From Gemmatimonadota bacterium (lineage in GTDB: Bacteria; Gemmatimonadota; Gemmatimonadetes; Gemmatimonadales; GWC2-71-9): a stretch of DNA of 64,000 nucleotides. Shown here in pieces: positions 42,860-53,451 of the stretch; within the stretch, counting starts at the first letter, position 1, and each line of letters opens with the position of its first letter. The notes under the pieces are model-generated. The model was not told the origin of the DNA and did not search any database. It worked only from the letters and a program-made list of their open reading frames with translations. The stretch spans positions 1 to 64,000 of the forward strand of contig JAZDCY010000063.1 in NCBI GenBank assembly GCA_036679645.1, given 5' to 3'. Both the position numbers and the translations under genes were made by a program.

Positions 42860-45696
42860 CGTCCCGCCGCTCCCAGCTGCGGAACGCGGTCTTCTGCGTG
42901 GCGATCGCGATCGCCGGCGAGGCGTGTGCCGGCAGTCCCGCGCCGGCTGCCGCCCCCGGACCGGCACGCGGGCAGACGAGTGAGGCCGATGGTACCGCCG
43001 TGCGAGTGACGCCGCGCCGCGATCCACTGCTGCCGCCACAGTTCGCCCGACTCGCGGGGCTGATGCCGTTGCGATCCACCGGCGCCGACGTCTTTGTGGC
43101 CGATAACCCTACGTTCGATGGCCGCGGCGTCTTGATCGGCATCCTGGACTCTGGAATTGACGCAGGCGTGCCAGGTTTGCGAGAGACACCGGCCGGCGAC
43201 CCGAAGATCGCTGACCTGCGAGATTTTTCGGGCGAAGGCCACATCGCCCTCCGGGAGGTAGCACCAGACACGGGTGACGGCGTGTGGGTCGACGATCAGT
43301 ATGTCGCAGGGTTCTCGCGTCTCGCCGGACTGACTCGTGCCCCGGTGTTCGGCGGCCTCTTTCGCGAGCGCCCGCTAGGGGTTCCACCGGGAGCCGACGT
43401 GAACGGCGATGGCGACAACGAGGATGTCTTCCCAGTACTCGTCGCGCGCGCGAGCGACGGGTGGGTCGTCCTTACGGATACCGATGGCGACGGGACGCTC
43501 GCGAACGAGCGACCGGTCAGGGACTTCCGAGTAGCGGGCGAGACCTTCGCATATGGACCCCTGACCATCGCAGTGAACCTCACGGAGCAGCGAGGCGAAC
43601 CACGGCTCGAGCTTTTCTTCGACAACTCCGGCCACGGCACCCACGTGGCAGGCATTGCGGCAGGTCACGATCTGTTCGGTGTCTCGGGGTTCGATGGTGT
43701 AGCTCCCGGCGCGCGGATCCTCGGCCTCAAGATCTCGAACAATGCCCGTGGTGGGATCTCGGTGACCGGCGCCATGCAGGCCGCCATGGAATACGCGGCG
43801 GAGTTCGCCGCCGCGAGGAACCTGCCCCTCGTACTGAACCTCAGCTTCGGCATAGGGAATGCGCGGGAGGGAACGGCGGCAATAGACTCGATCATCGACG
43901 CCTTTGCGCTCGCGCACCCCGATGTGCTCTTCGTCATCAGTGCCGGAAACGATGGTCCCGGCATTTCCACGGTGGATTTCCCGGGCTCCGCCGAATTTGC
44001 CCTCACGGTCTGCGCGCTGTTTCCCGGCGTCTTCGCACGTCCACCGGAACCGGGTGTGCGCCCCGCGCCCGACGTGTTGGGGTGGTGGAGCGGGCGAGGA
44101 GGTGAGACCCAGAAACCGGATCTCTGCGCACCCGGTGTGGCGTTTTCCAATGTTCCCCCCTGGAATGCCGGTGGCGAGGTATCCGGCGGTACCAGCATGG
44201 CTGCGCCACAGATCAGCGGCGCCGCGGCGCTTCTCCTCTCGGGCCTGACTCAGCTTGGCCAGCCGACCCGGGCGGTGGACCTGCAGCACGCCCTGGAGGC
44301 GACGGCGACCCTCATCGCCGGCGCGACGGTCATCGACGTCGGGACAGGCGTCCCCGATGTCCCTGCCGCCTTCCGTTGGCTGCGCGCCGCACACCAGGCG
44401 GGCCGGTTCTCCATTCGCGCGCTTGCGGATGGGGGTAATTCGTCTCACGCCTCCGCCGCATTCCGCCGCAATGGTCTCGCGGACCCCGGTGACACACTGC
44501 AGCGATTCACCGTGGCGGCAATCGGCGGACAGCCCTTTGCGCGCGTGCTGCTGCGCCCGGACGTTCCCTGGTTGCACGCCCCGGATGTGCTCGACTTTCA
44601 CGGCGAACCCGTCACGGTGACGGTAACGTATGACGCGGCGGCGCTTACAGACCCCGGCCTGCACGTCGGCACCGTCTGGGCGGTTCCGGAAACCGACACC
44701 CTCGGTGGTGCGGCGTTCGGGCTCACCAATACCGTGATCGTGCCCGAGACATGGGTGCAGAGTTTCACCAAGCGGCGGTACCTCGAACCGGGTCGCTCTG
44801 ATCGCTATTTTTTCCGCGTGACAGACCCGGACGGCGGCCTGAGCGTGCAGGTCACGGTGGATCCAGAGCGAGAGGCCACCCTGTACCTGTTCGAGCCCGG
44901 CGGCCGCCCGTTCAGAGAAACGAGTAGCGTAACCATGGGCGGCGACGCCAAGCTGCGGCAGATAATCCGCGTACGTGCGGAGGACGCCGTTCCGGGTGTC
45001 TACGAGGTGGTGATCGTCGCACCCCCGCTCGATGGCGTCACGTATGAGTTGAAGGTCCGGCGACCGCGCGTAACCATCAGCGTCACTCCCGAGCGGGCAC
45101 TCGAGTTCGCGAACCGTACGCCGAGGCGTGTCGAAGCGCGCTTGGCGGCGGTTGTCGTGGGCGCGCGCCGAGCCGAGCGCATCCGTGTACGTCCCGATTG
45201 GGTGTCGACGATCCGATCCGTCGTGCCACCGTGGGCGACCGATCTCGTCATCGATGTGCGGCTCGACCCCGAACTCTGGTCCCGCGTGACCGATTTCGGC
45301 GTGACTCTTTTCGACACCGCGGGCCGATTGCTGATCGAGGAACCGCTGAACTACCCCGCCGGACGACACCGCATCGCAATCGATTCGCTGGGCGCGGACA
45401 CGTTCGAGATCGAGCTGCTCCCGGCCTTTGCCAGCCAGCCCACTGATGGGGGATGGATGGTCGAAGTCGATGTCACGTACCTCGCGGAGACACCACTGCT
45501 GTCGCTGACGTTGGGTGCCGGAAATATGATCTCGATCCCCGCCGGAGGGTCCATCACGCTCCCCATCGTCATCCCCGGCTCGCTCATTCCGCTGCCCGAG
45601 GGCTTCCATCCGTTGCTGGAAGTCACCGCCGCAGCGGGCGACGACGAGACGACGCGACGTGTGATGGTGACACGCGCCAGCGGCGCAAGCCGATGA
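42856..45696 (+). CDS. S8 serine peptidase, tripeptidyl-peptidase II-like
   Basis: [48 protein letters not shown]-terminal signal. Confidence 0.88.
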   Translation: MTSRRSQLRNAVFCVAIAIAGEACAGSPAPAAAPGPARGQTSEADGTAVRVTPRRDPLLPPQFARLAGLMPLRSTGADVFVADNPTFDGRGVLIGILDSGIDAGVPGLRETPAGDPKIADLRDFSGEGHIALREVAPDTGDGVWVDDQYVAGFSRLAGLTRAPVFGGLFRERPLGVPPGADVNGDGDNEDVFPVLVARASDGWVVLTDTDGDGTLANERPVRDFRVAGETFAYGPLTIAVNLTEQRGEPRLELFFDNSGHGTHVAGIAAGHDLFGVSGFDGVAPGARILGLKISNNARGGISVTGAMQAAMEYAAEFAAARNLPLVLNLSFGIGNAREGTAAIDSIIDAFALAHPDVLFVISAGNDGPGISTVDFPGSAEFALTVCALFPGVFARPPEPGVRPAPDVLGWWSGRGGETQKPDLCAPGVAFSNVPPWNAGGEVSGGTSMAAPQISGAAALLLSGLTQLGQPTRAVDLQHALEATATLIAGATVIDVGTGVPDVPAAFRWLRAAHQAGRFSIRALADGGNSSHASAAFRRNGLADPGDTLQRFTVAAIGGQPFARVLLRPDVPWLHAPDVLDFHGEPVTVTVTYDAAALTDPGLHVGTVWAVPETDTLGGAAFGLTNTVIVPETWVQSFTKRRYLEPGRSDRYFFRVTDPDGGLSVQVTVDPEREATLYLFEPGGRPFRETSSVTMGGDAKLRQIIRVRAEDAVPGVYEVVIVAPPLDGVTYELKVRRPRVTISVTPERALEFANRTPRRVEARLAAVVVGARRAERIRVRPDWVSTIRSVVPPWATDLVIDVRLDPELWSRVTDFGVTLFDTAGRLLIEEPLNYPAGRHRIAIDSLGADTFEIELLPAFASQPTDGGWMVEVDVTYLAETPLLSLTLGAGNMISIPAGGSITLPIVIPGSLIPLPEGFHPLLEVTAAAGDDETTRRVMVTRASGASR

Positions 45697-47078
45697 CCCG
45701 AGCGAGCGCGAGACGCTCCAGCGTCCGCATCGCATCAGGCCAGGGTTTCTGGGGAGACTGGCTCGAGGCACCGGTGCGACAGGTTCTCGGGGGACCTATC
45801 GACTACTTGATGATGGACTATCTGGCTGAAGTCACCATGTCCATCATGCAGAAACAGCGCTCCCGCGATCCGGCACTTGGATACGCCAAGGACTTCGTGC
45901 CCCTCATGGAGCGGTTGCTCCCGGATCTCGTGAAACGCCGTATCCGGGTCACCGCAAACGCGGGTGGAGTCAACCCGAGGTCGTGCGCCGACGCGGTCAT
46001 CGCGAGCGCACGCAAAGGTAAGTTGGCGGGGAAAGTGCGCGTCGGTGTCGTGGGTGGCGATGACATGCTCGACCGGCTCGACGAGCTGGTCGAGCGCGGG
46101 CACGTGCTCGCGAACCTCGACACGGGCGAGCCGCTCGAGAGCGTCCGGGAGCAGGTGCTGAGCGCCAACGCGTACCTGGGCGCGGAACCGGTGGTCGAGG
46201 CACTGCGCGCTCGTGCGGACGTCGTCATCACGGGCCGCGTGACCGACACGGGTCTGACACTCGGACCCATGATCGACGCCTTTGGCTGGCCGGCGGATGC
46301 ATGGGACCGTCTCGCCGCCGGGACGGTCGCTGGACACATCATCGAATGCGGTGCGCAGTGTTCGGGTGGTAACTGTCTCGTCGGGTGGGAACGCATTCCG
46401 GGTCTCGACGAACCGGGCTACCCCATAATCGAGGCTCATGCCGACGGCACGTTCGTGGTTACCAAACACGACGGCACCGGCGGGCGCGTGTCGATACCGT
46501 CGGTGACCGAACAACTCGTCTACGAGATGGGCGATCCGACCAACTACATCACGCCGGACGTGGTCGCCGACTTCACGACCATCCAACTCGCGCGTGACGG
46601 CGCCAACAGAGTGCGCGTGTCCGGCGTGCGGGGACGTCCCGCAACCGACCACCTGAAGGTCTCGATCTCATATTTCTACGGCTACAAGGCCGTCGGCACG
46701 CTGGTGTACGCGTGGCCCGACGCCTTCAAGAAGGCCCAACGTGCCGACCGGATTCTGCGGAAGCGCCTGGAGCGTTTGGGGCTCGCGTTCGAGGAGATCA
46801 TGACCGAGTTCGTCGGCGTGAACGCAACACACGGACGGCTGGCCGGGCCGCCCGACCCGGATCTGGCCGAGGTGCAACTCCGGGTAGGGGTGCGTGCGCG
46901 TGAGCGAAAACCGGTCGAGCGATTCACGCGAGAGATCGCCCCGCTGATCCTAAACGGGCCGCCGAGCGTGACCGGCTTCGCAGGCGGTCGACCGAAGGTC
47001 GAAGAGATCGTCGCGTATTGGCCGGCGCTCATTCCCAAGACGGAGATTCGGTCCACGGTGGAAATCCTGGAGGCGTAG
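45693..47078 (+). CDS. Acyclic terpene utilization AtuA family protein (DUF1446)
   Basis: [61 protein letters not shown]. Confidence 0.9.
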   Translation: MTRASARRSSVRIASGQGFWGDWLEAPVRQVLGGPIDYLMMDYLAEVTMSIMQKQRSRDPALGYAKDFVPLMERLLPDLVKRRIRVTANAGGVNPRSCADAVIASARKGKLAGKVRVGVVGGDDMLDRLDELVERGHVLANLDTGEPLESVREQVLSANAYLGAEPVVEALRARADVVITGRVTDTGLTLGPMIDAFGWPADAWDRLAAGTVAGHIIECGAQCSGGNCLVGWERIPGLDEPGYPIIEAHADGTFVVTKHDGTGGRVSIPSVTEQLVYEMGDPTNYITPDVVADFTTIQLARDGANRVRVSGVRGRPATDHLKVSISYFYGYKAVGTLVYAWPDAFKKAQRADRILRKRLERLGLAFEEIMTEFVGVNATHGRLAGPPDPDLAEVQLRVGVRARERKPVERFTREIAPLILNGPPSVTGFAGGRPKVEEIVAYWPALIPKTEIRSTVEILEA

Positions 47079-47416
47079 TGGCGACGCGCACTGTTCAGTT
47101 GGTTCGGCTCGCGCATGCGCGCAGCGGGGACAAAGGCGATACCGCGAACATTGGGCTGATCGCGCTCGAGCCGGCCTACTATCCGGTGCTCGTGAAGGAA
47201 GTCACCGCCGCGCGGGTCGCCCGGCACTTCCGCGGTTTGATCAAGGGTTCGGTTGAGCGGTTCGAGCTGCCTAACGTGCGCGCGCTCAACTTTCTGCTGC
47301 ACGGTGCCCTGGGTGGTGGCGGCACACTCTCGTTGAAGACCGACGCGCAGGGCAAGGTATTCTCTACGGCGCTGCTCCGAATGGAAATCCCCGTCCCCCG
47401 ATCTCTCGATGTCTGA
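47078..47416 (+). CDS. AtuA C-terminal-like small protein
   Basis: AHARSGDKGDTANIG, ERFELP, LGGGG..SL..DAQGK. Confidence 0.85.
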   Translation: MATRTVQLVRLAHARSGDKGDTANIGLIALEPAYYPVLVKEVTAARVARHFRGLIKGSVERFELPNVRALNFLLHGALGGGGTLSLKTDAQGKVFSTALLRMEIPVPRSLDV

Positions 47417-48167
47417 CCAGCTGCGCCCTACGATCGAGGCGGGGGTGCTGACGCTCTTGCTGAACCGTCCCGACAAACGCAACGCGCTGAACCACGCGAT
47501 GATCGAGGCCTTGCTCCGCGAGCTGGCGGATGCCGAGATCAACGGGCAGGTTCGTGTGGTGGTGGTACGTGGTGCCGGCAAGGATTTCTGCGCCGGCGCC
47601 GATCTGGCGGAGCTGCTCGAATCCGCCGAGCGGTCGGCCGAGGAAAACGCCGCAAGTGCTGCTCGGCTCGGCGAGGTGTTCCGGTGCATGCGCGCCTTAC
47701 CCAAGCCAGTGGTCGCCGTCGTGCAAGGTCGCGCCCTCGCCGGCGGGTGCGGTTTGGCGAACGCGTGCGATCTGATCGTCGCACGCGCCGATGCGCAGTT
47801 CGGATACCCGGAAGTGTCGCGCGGTTTCGTACCGGCAATGGTCATGACGATGCTGCGTCGGGCAACGAGCGAAGCGGTCGCGTTCGATCTCGTCGCCACC
47901 GGACGGATGCTGACGGCGCACGAGGCGGCTGCCGTCGGACTCGTCGCGCGCGTGTATGATGCCGATGAGTTCGAGGATCGCGCGGCGGACTTCCTGACAT
48001 CGCTCGCCGCCGCCAGCGGATCGGCGCTCGCCATGATCAAGAAACAACTCTACGAACTCGACGGCCGCAGCTTCGACGAGGGAATCCGGTTGGGGGCTTC
48101 GGTCAACGCGTTGGCACGGAGTACTCCGGACTTCAAGAGCGCCGTCGCGGCATTCCTGAAACGTTGA
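47409..48167 (+). CDS. Enoyl-CoA hydratase/isomerase (methylglutaconyl-CoA hydratase-like)
   Basis: LNRPDKRNAL, FCAGADL, ALAGGCGL, FGYPEV. Confidence 0.9.
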   Translation: MSDQLRPTIEAGVLTLLLNRPDKRNALNHAMIEALLRELADAEINGQVRVVVVRGAGKDFCAGADLAELLESAERSAEENAASAARLGEVFRCMRALPKPVVAVVQGRALAGGCGLANACDLIVARADAQFGYPEVSRGFVPAMVMTMLRRATSEAVAFDLVATGRMLTAHEAAAVGLVARVYDADEFEDRAADFLTSLAAASGSALAMIKKQLYELDGRSFDEGIRLGASVNALARSTPDFKSAVAAFLKR

Positions 48168-48231
48168 TGCTCGCGCCCAGTGCCCGAAGCTGTATATTGG
48201 CCCGCGTCCAAATACATCTGGGGAACTTGCC

Positions 48232-48735
48232 ATGACCGTACAGCGCCTGTTGCGAGAGGGTCTCGTCACCGGTCTCGTCGGAGCCACGGCCGTGGCAGTA
48301 TGGTTTTTCCTGGTCGATCTCGTGGCGGGCCAGCCCTTCTACACCCCCGCCATGCTTGGCTCAGCGGTCTTCTGGGGACTGCGCGATCCGGCGCTGGTGG
48401 AGATTACTTTCCCCGCGGTAATCGGCTACACGATGCTGCACGTTATGGCATTCGGCCTGGTTGGGATGATTGCCGCGGTGCTCGCGGCACTCGTGGAAAG
48501 CTTTCCCTCCACGTTATTCATCGTCGTGGTCTTCTTCGCGATCTTCGAAGTGGGCTTCTACATCGTTGTGGCCATTCTCGCGCAACCCCTGCTCGGCGGG
48601 CTCGCCTGGTCGAGCGTCGCAATCGGCAACTTGGTCGCGGCTGGGGGTATGGGATTCTTCCTATGGCGCGTGCACCCGCGGATACGCCAGGGACTCGCCG
48701 ACCATCCGCTGGGAGAGACGGCCGACGGGGAGTGA
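48232..48735 (+). CDS. Hypothetical 4-TM membrane protein
   Basis: Four hydrophobic segments, TPAMLG, intramembrane His (YTMLH). Confidence 0.75.
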   Translation: MTVQRLLREGLVTGLVGATAVAVWFFLVDLVAGQPFYTPAMLGSAVFWGLRDPALVEITFPAVIGYTMLHVMAFGLVGMIAAVLAALVESFPSTLFIVVVFFAIFEVGFYIVVAILAQPLLGGLAWSSVAIGNLVAAGGMGFFLWRVHPRIRQGLADHPLGETADGE

Positions 48736-48782
48736 TGCACCGTATCCCGCAGCCCTCAGCGCGCCCCGTATCGGCCGGCACG

Positions 48783-49385
48783 CTACCTCAACCGTCGGCT
48801 ACCGTTCCCTTGATAGGCGTACCGCAGGGTGACACATCCCGGCACCGTCCCGGGACAGTAGTAGCCCAGAAACTCGACCTTGGCGTAGTGCCCGTCGCGG
48901 GTGCGAATGGCGTACACATGACCCTTGGGCTCGAGCACGTGGGAGAAAAGGCTGTACCGGTACCAACGCGTGAGCGCGGCGTTCGCGGTATCCGCACCAA
49001 AACGCGTCGCGCGATAGCCGTCGGCCGGCGCCTCGGTGACCGCGCCGAATCCGACCGGGCCCAGGTCGATCGCGTCCCCTGAGGCCATGACGTGAAAGCG
49101 CCGGAACGCGAGATCCCAACCGGCGGTATCGGGCACGTCGAGCGCGGCACCCGACGCGAACGAGAAGAACCGCCACGCGCGGTCGCTACCGGCGTCGAGT
49201 GTCACGGTATCGATCACGAGGCTCTCAGGAGGTACGGCGCGGGCCGCCCTTGGAGTGATCTCGAACTCGAGGACGTCGCGCGGCACGAGCGAACTGGCCA
49301 CGAGAAAGCCGATGGCAAGCACGAACACACCAAAGCCGGTCGCGAGACCTATCTGCGCGCGGCGGGAGGGGCCCGGAGATGACAT
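48783..49385 (-). CDS. HmuY-family heme-binding protein with N-terminal TM anchor
   Basis: WRFFSF..G, WDLAFRR, WYRY, VYAIRTRDGHYAKVEFLGYY, TLRY; TACCAT -10 box 7 nt before ATG 49385. Confidence 0.8.
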   Translation of the reverse strand: MSSPGPSRRAQIGLATGFGVFVLAIGFLVASSLVPRDVLEFEITPRAARAVPPESLVIDTVTLDAGSDRAWRFFSFASGAALDVPDTAGWDLAFRRFHVMASGDAIDLGPVGFGAVTEAPADGYRATRFGADTANAALTRWYRYSLFSHVLEPKGHVYAIRTRDGHYAKVEFLGYYCPGTVPGCVTLRYAYQGNGSRRLR

Positions 49386-49414
49386 GGCGGCCATGGTAGC
49401 CGGGGGCCGACCGA

Positions 49415-49837
49415 TTGTCCAATGATGCTGCTGCGAGCCGCAGGAGCGACGCGACGGTGACCGAACGGTGGCCCGCGGCCCGCGCCCTCAAGTTCCGGCA
49501 GGCGGCATTCGTCTACCTCCATACGGCGATCCTCTATGAGTCCGCGATGTACGCCATGATGCGATCCGGCATGGCGCCAGATCGCCTCGGCCCACCAGCC
49601 GTGTGGCTCCTCCTTGGCGCACTGATCGCGGCACTCGTCGTGAGCGGGATCTACTGGTGGCAGAACGTGTGGTTCGTGCGCGTGGTGTGGGCCGTCCACG
49701 GGATGCGGCTCCCATGGCTGATCAACGGGGCGTTCTTCGCAGAGACTGCCCGACTGCCGACGGCATTCTATCTTACGGCCATCGTGGTCGTCGTCATCAC
49801 CCTGTGGGCGCTCGCGCGCGCTGGATGGGATCTATGA
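49415..49837 (+). CDS. Hypothetical membrane protein
   Basis: About four TM segments; stop overlaps next ATG; start may be GTG 49457. Confidence 0.7.
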   Translation: MSNDAAASRRSDATVTERWPAARALKFRQAAFVYLHTAILYESAMYAMMRSGMAPDRLGPPAVWLLLGALIAALVVSGIYWWQNVWFVRVVWAVHGMRLPWLINGAFFAETARLPTAFYLTAIVVVVITLWALARAGWDL

Positions 49838-50679
49838 TGAGCTTCCGAACCTATTTCGACGTCACCGGCGAGGACCGATCCCAGCTGGGCGCCCAGGTCG
49901 AGGACCAGCGCGCGCAGGTGCGGGAACGCCTGGCATCCGTCCGGACGACAGTTGCCGTGATGAGCGGAAAGGGCGGGGTTGGGAAGAGCTATCTCACGGC
50001 CTCCCTTGCAGGGGAACTCGCGGCACGGGGACGCGCCATAGGGGTGCTGGACGCCGACCTCCGCAGCCCCACTGTTGCTCGGCTGCTGGACGCCTCCGGT
50101 CCGTTACGGGTCGTCGAGCACGGCGTGGAGCCCGCGGCGGGGCGAGATGGCATTCGGGTCATCTCCAGCGACTTTCTCCTCGACGACGGCCAACCGCTTA
50201 CGTGGCGTGGTCCCGAAGCCGAACGGCACCTGTGGCGGGGCGCCCTCGAGGCCGGCGTGCTGCGCGAGTTCCTCGCGCACGTCGTGTGGGGCACACTGGA
50301 CGTGCTGCTGATCGACCTCCCACCCGGGGCCGATGCGGCAACGGAACTGGCACCTCTGGTTCCGGACATGGCCGGCACGATAGCCGTGACCATTCCGTCG
50401 GAGGAATCGCGGCGGTCGGTGGAACGGGCCATGCGGGCGGCGCGCGACGCGGGGCTCACGTTGCTGGGCGTGGCGGAGAACATGAGCGGATATGCCTGCG
50501 CCGAGTGCGGGCATACTCGTCCGCTCTTCGCCGGCGACGCGGGCGCGCGGCTGGCCGACGAGTTTCAGGTCCCGCTGCTGGCGCGGATCCCGTTCGACCC
50601 AGGGGCAGGGAGCCTGGTCACCTCTCCCAGCGCTCCGGTCGGGCAACTCATCACGCACCTCGAGGCTGCGCTCTCATGA
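49834..50679 (+). CDS. Mrp/NBP35 (ApbC) family P-loop ATPase, Fe-S carrier-like
   Basis: SGKGGVGKS, LDADL, WRGP, IDLPPG, ENMS..ACAECG, IPFD. Confidence 0.9.
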   Translation: MMSFRTYFDVTGEDRSQLGAQVEDQRAQVRERLASVRTTVAVMSGKGGVGKSYLTASLAGELAARGRAIGVLDADLRSPTVARLLDASGPLRVVEHGVEPAAGRDGIRVISSDFLLDDGQPLTWRGPEAERHLWRGALEAGVLREFLAHVVWGTLDVLLIDLPPGADAATELAPLVPDMAGTIAVTIPSEESRRSVERAMRAARDAGLTLLGVAENMSGYACAECGHTRPLFAGDAGARLADEFQVPLLARIPFDPGAGSLVTSPSAPVGQLITHLEAALS

Positions 50680-51134
50680 AATTCCTCTGCATCGACTGCG
50701 ATGAGCAGATGGTATTCGAAGACCGGCAACAGCCCGGAGACGGCACCTTCGCGGCGGCGTTTCGCTGTCCGGGATGCGGGCGGCGGATGGCGCTGCTGGC
50801 CAATCCCATGGAGTCCCAGTTGGTGGGATCCCTGGGGGTCAAGATCGGAGGCCGTGAGCTCGACGAGCAGCCGTTCGAGCTGACGCGTGCCCAGATGGTC
50901 GGCAAACCGGACGCCTTCGACGATGCCGAGCCGAGCGAGGCGGCGACTGCGGGGAAGCCGGGCCCGGTCGTCTGGTCCCCGCAGGCGGAGGAACGGCTGT
51001 CCCGGGCGCCGACCTTCGTGCGCGGTATGATCAAGCGCATCTACGCAGAGTACGCCCGGGACCAGGGCATTGCAGAAATTACCCCCGAGGTGATGGACAC
51101 CGCGCGCACGGACCTTGGGCTGGAGGGCATGTGA
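50676..51134 (+). CDS. Zn-ribbon + PCP_red-domain protein
   Basis: MKFLCIDC...FRCPGC; C-terminal WSPQAEERLSRAPTFVRGMIKRIYAEYARDQGIAEITPEVMD. Confidence 0.8.
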   Translation: MKFLCIDCDEQMVFEDRQQPGDGTFAAAFRCPGCGRRMALLANPMESQLVGSLGVKIGGRELDEQPFELTRAQMVGKPDAFDDAEPSEAATAGKPGPVVWSPQAEERLSRAPTFVRGMIKRIYAEYARDQGIAEITPEVMDTARTDLGLEGM

Positions 51135-51376
51135 GCGACGACCCGTTGGAGCGGGTCGTGCGGGACCTACGTATTCAGATCGATGCGACCCTGTGTGTTG
51201 CGTTCGGAGACTGCATCGATGTCGCGCCCGAGGCCTTTCAGCTCGACGGCAACGATGTAGTGGCCTTTGTCGAGCCCGATGGCGTCGGACGGGAACGCCT
51301 GCTTTCGGCCTGCGACGTGTGCCCGGTGGACGCGCTCACCGTCTGGTCCGTCGACGGCACTCAACTGGTCCCTTGA
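51131..51376 (+). CDS. Single-cluster ferredoxin (probably [3Fe-4S])
   Basis: IDATLCVAFGDCIDVAPEAF...ACDVCPVDAL; second Cys of CxxCxxC replaced by Phe. Confidence 0.88.
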   Translation: MSDDPLERVVRDLRIQIDATLCVAFGDCIDVAPEAFQLDGNDVVAFVEPDGVGRERLLSACDVCPVDALTVWSVDGTQLVP

Positions 51377-51402
51377 CATATCCACGGGCTGGTTGGCATA
51401 GT
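51373..51402 (+). promoter_or_regulatory. Putative sigma70 promoter of the USP-radical SAM-oxidase operon
   Basis: TTGACA(51373)-N18-CATAGT(51397) with TG extended -10. Confidence 0.45.
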
Positions 51403-51539
51403 CCGCCAGGCAAAAAAATGACGGTACGGCACGGCGCTTTGGGAGGGGGCGGGGGACGGGGCGGTGAGGGCGCCGTTGATACAAGTTGGGCCGGGCTCCG
51501 GCCCTGCGACTGCGACCTGCGACCCCTGGAGGGGACAGG

Positions 51540-53451
51540 ATGTACCGTGAGGTATTCGTCCCCGTCGACAACTCGCAGCATGCCGATTGGGCTGTCGACC
51601 GAGCGATCGAGTTATGTGCCGCCAGTGACGGGCGCATTACCGGCAATCATGTGTACGCCGCCCGCTTGCATGACGTGAGATTCCGGCAGCTCGAAACCGG
51701 TCTCCCCGCACAGTTCCAGACCCCCAAAGAGATCAAGCGGCAACGGAAGGTCCACGACAAGCTGATCGAGAAGGGCCTCCAGCTCATCTCCGACTCGTTT
51801 CTCGATCAGGTTGAGAACCGCTGTGCCAAGAGCTCAATCCCGCTGCGGCGCCAGCTGCTCGAGGGGATCAACTACGAGGAGATCGTCAAGGAGGTCAACA
51901 GCGGGGCAGGGCAGCTACCCAGCCTCATCGGCTTCGATGCCAACATCGCGTCCCGCTACGATGGCGGCGAGACGGTACGCGGCGACGTGCGCCTCGACGC
52001 AGATGGCCGCATTGTGGGTGAAGAGGAGGATCTCGCCGACAAACTCGCCGGTACCTCCGGTCGGGACTACGATCTCGTCATCCTTGGGGCACACGGCATC
52101 GGGCGGCAACCGTACTCGCAGCTCGGGGGCGTGGTCGCACGGGTAGCGCGGGGGGTGCAGAGGGACACGCTCATCGTCCGCGACGATCGAACACTGCGCC
52201 CAGACGTTCGATGCGACCCTTTACGTCTGCAGCGCGTTCGACGTCGAATACCACCACGCGGTCTTCAACAACATCAAAGACGTCCTCTCAGCCCGCGCCT
52301 CGAAGGTATTCAAGTTCGAGGAGCAGGAGGAGCTGCACAACAACATCATAGACAAGGGCCTCCTCAAGCTCTCGCAGGCGCACCTCAAGCGCGCTGAGAC
52401 GATGGCGCAGGAGTTTCCCGACGTCGAACTGGTCACGCAGATCCTGATCGGCAAGCCCTTCCAGGTCATCCTCCAGTGGGCGGAAGAGATTGAGCCCAGT
52501 CTGCTGCTCATCGGTCGGCACGGGGCGCATCGCATCGATGGAACGGCCATAGGCTCTCAGACGGAGAACCTGCTGCGCCTGGCGTCGTGCAACACGCTGG
52601 TGACGGGTACGGTGGGGATTCGTCCCGAAGACATTCCGTGGATCGAGGAGGACGGTGAGGCGGGACTCCAGTGGGCTCCCGACGCCGAGGTCCGGATGCT
52701 CCGAGTGCCGCCATTCGCACAGGGCATCGCCCGCCGCGCAGTGGAGGAGTTCGTCAAGGAGCGGGGCGGGGACGTCGTCACGAACAAGGGGCTCGACGAG
52801 GCCATCCAGAAACTGCTGCCAACTCACATGCAGCTCATCATGGGGATCGGTGACGCCGAGGAATTGGCGCGCGCCGAGGTGAAGGCCGACGAACAGATGG
52901 CCGCCACCGTGGTCATGGGTTCGGAGGACGATACGGAGCCCGCCGGTGCAATGGTGGATGTGAAGTGCCCCATTACGGGACACGTTACCGTTCGGGAGCG
53001 CACCACCGCCGATCCATCCGTGTGGACCCGTGAGGCGTTCGCGCGGCTCGGTGTCGTGCCGCTGATCGCCCGGCCGCTGGCGCGGAACACGGTCGAGAAG
53101 TTCGCGCGCACCCAAGGTTTGTGGCGCATCGCCACCCACATCATGGACGAGAACAAGCAGGCCATGATCGAGGCCGACGAGTTCGACGCCGAGACCATGA
53201 TGGGCATGTTCCGGGAGCTGCGCGCCAAGCAGATCCGCGCGGAGGCGGAAGGCGGCGATGCCCTGTCGCCGGAGATGCGCACGTTCATCGAAGAGGCCAA
53301 GGCGTCGGGTGTCTCGCGGTGTCCCATACGGGACATCGAAGAGCAGACCGCAAAGTGTCCCGTCGATTTCAAGACAATGACACCCGAAGACGCAAAGGCG
53401 GCCGTCGAGGAGCACATGAATCGGGAAGGGACGGGGGCATCCAAGACGTGA
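51540..53451 (+). pseudogene. Tandem universal stress protein + two PCP_red domains; disrupted by deletion/frameshift near 52197
   Basis: Frame 1 MYREVFVPVDNS...LVILGAHGIG..LGGV..RV..IVRDDRTL; frame 2 from 52198 AQTFDATLYVCSAFDV...LIGRHG..IGSQTENL, then WAPDAEVRMLRVPPFAQG and WTREAFARLGVVPLIAR. Confidence 0.8.

Noticed and set aside
51373..51490. FNR/CRP box upstream of the oxidase operon
   Set aside because: TTGAC and TTGAT half-sites lack a properly spaced ATCAA partner
52170..52230. Programmed ribosomal frameshift in the USP gene
   Set aside because: No slippery heptamer at the junction, and part of the domain is missing, which frameshifting cannot restore
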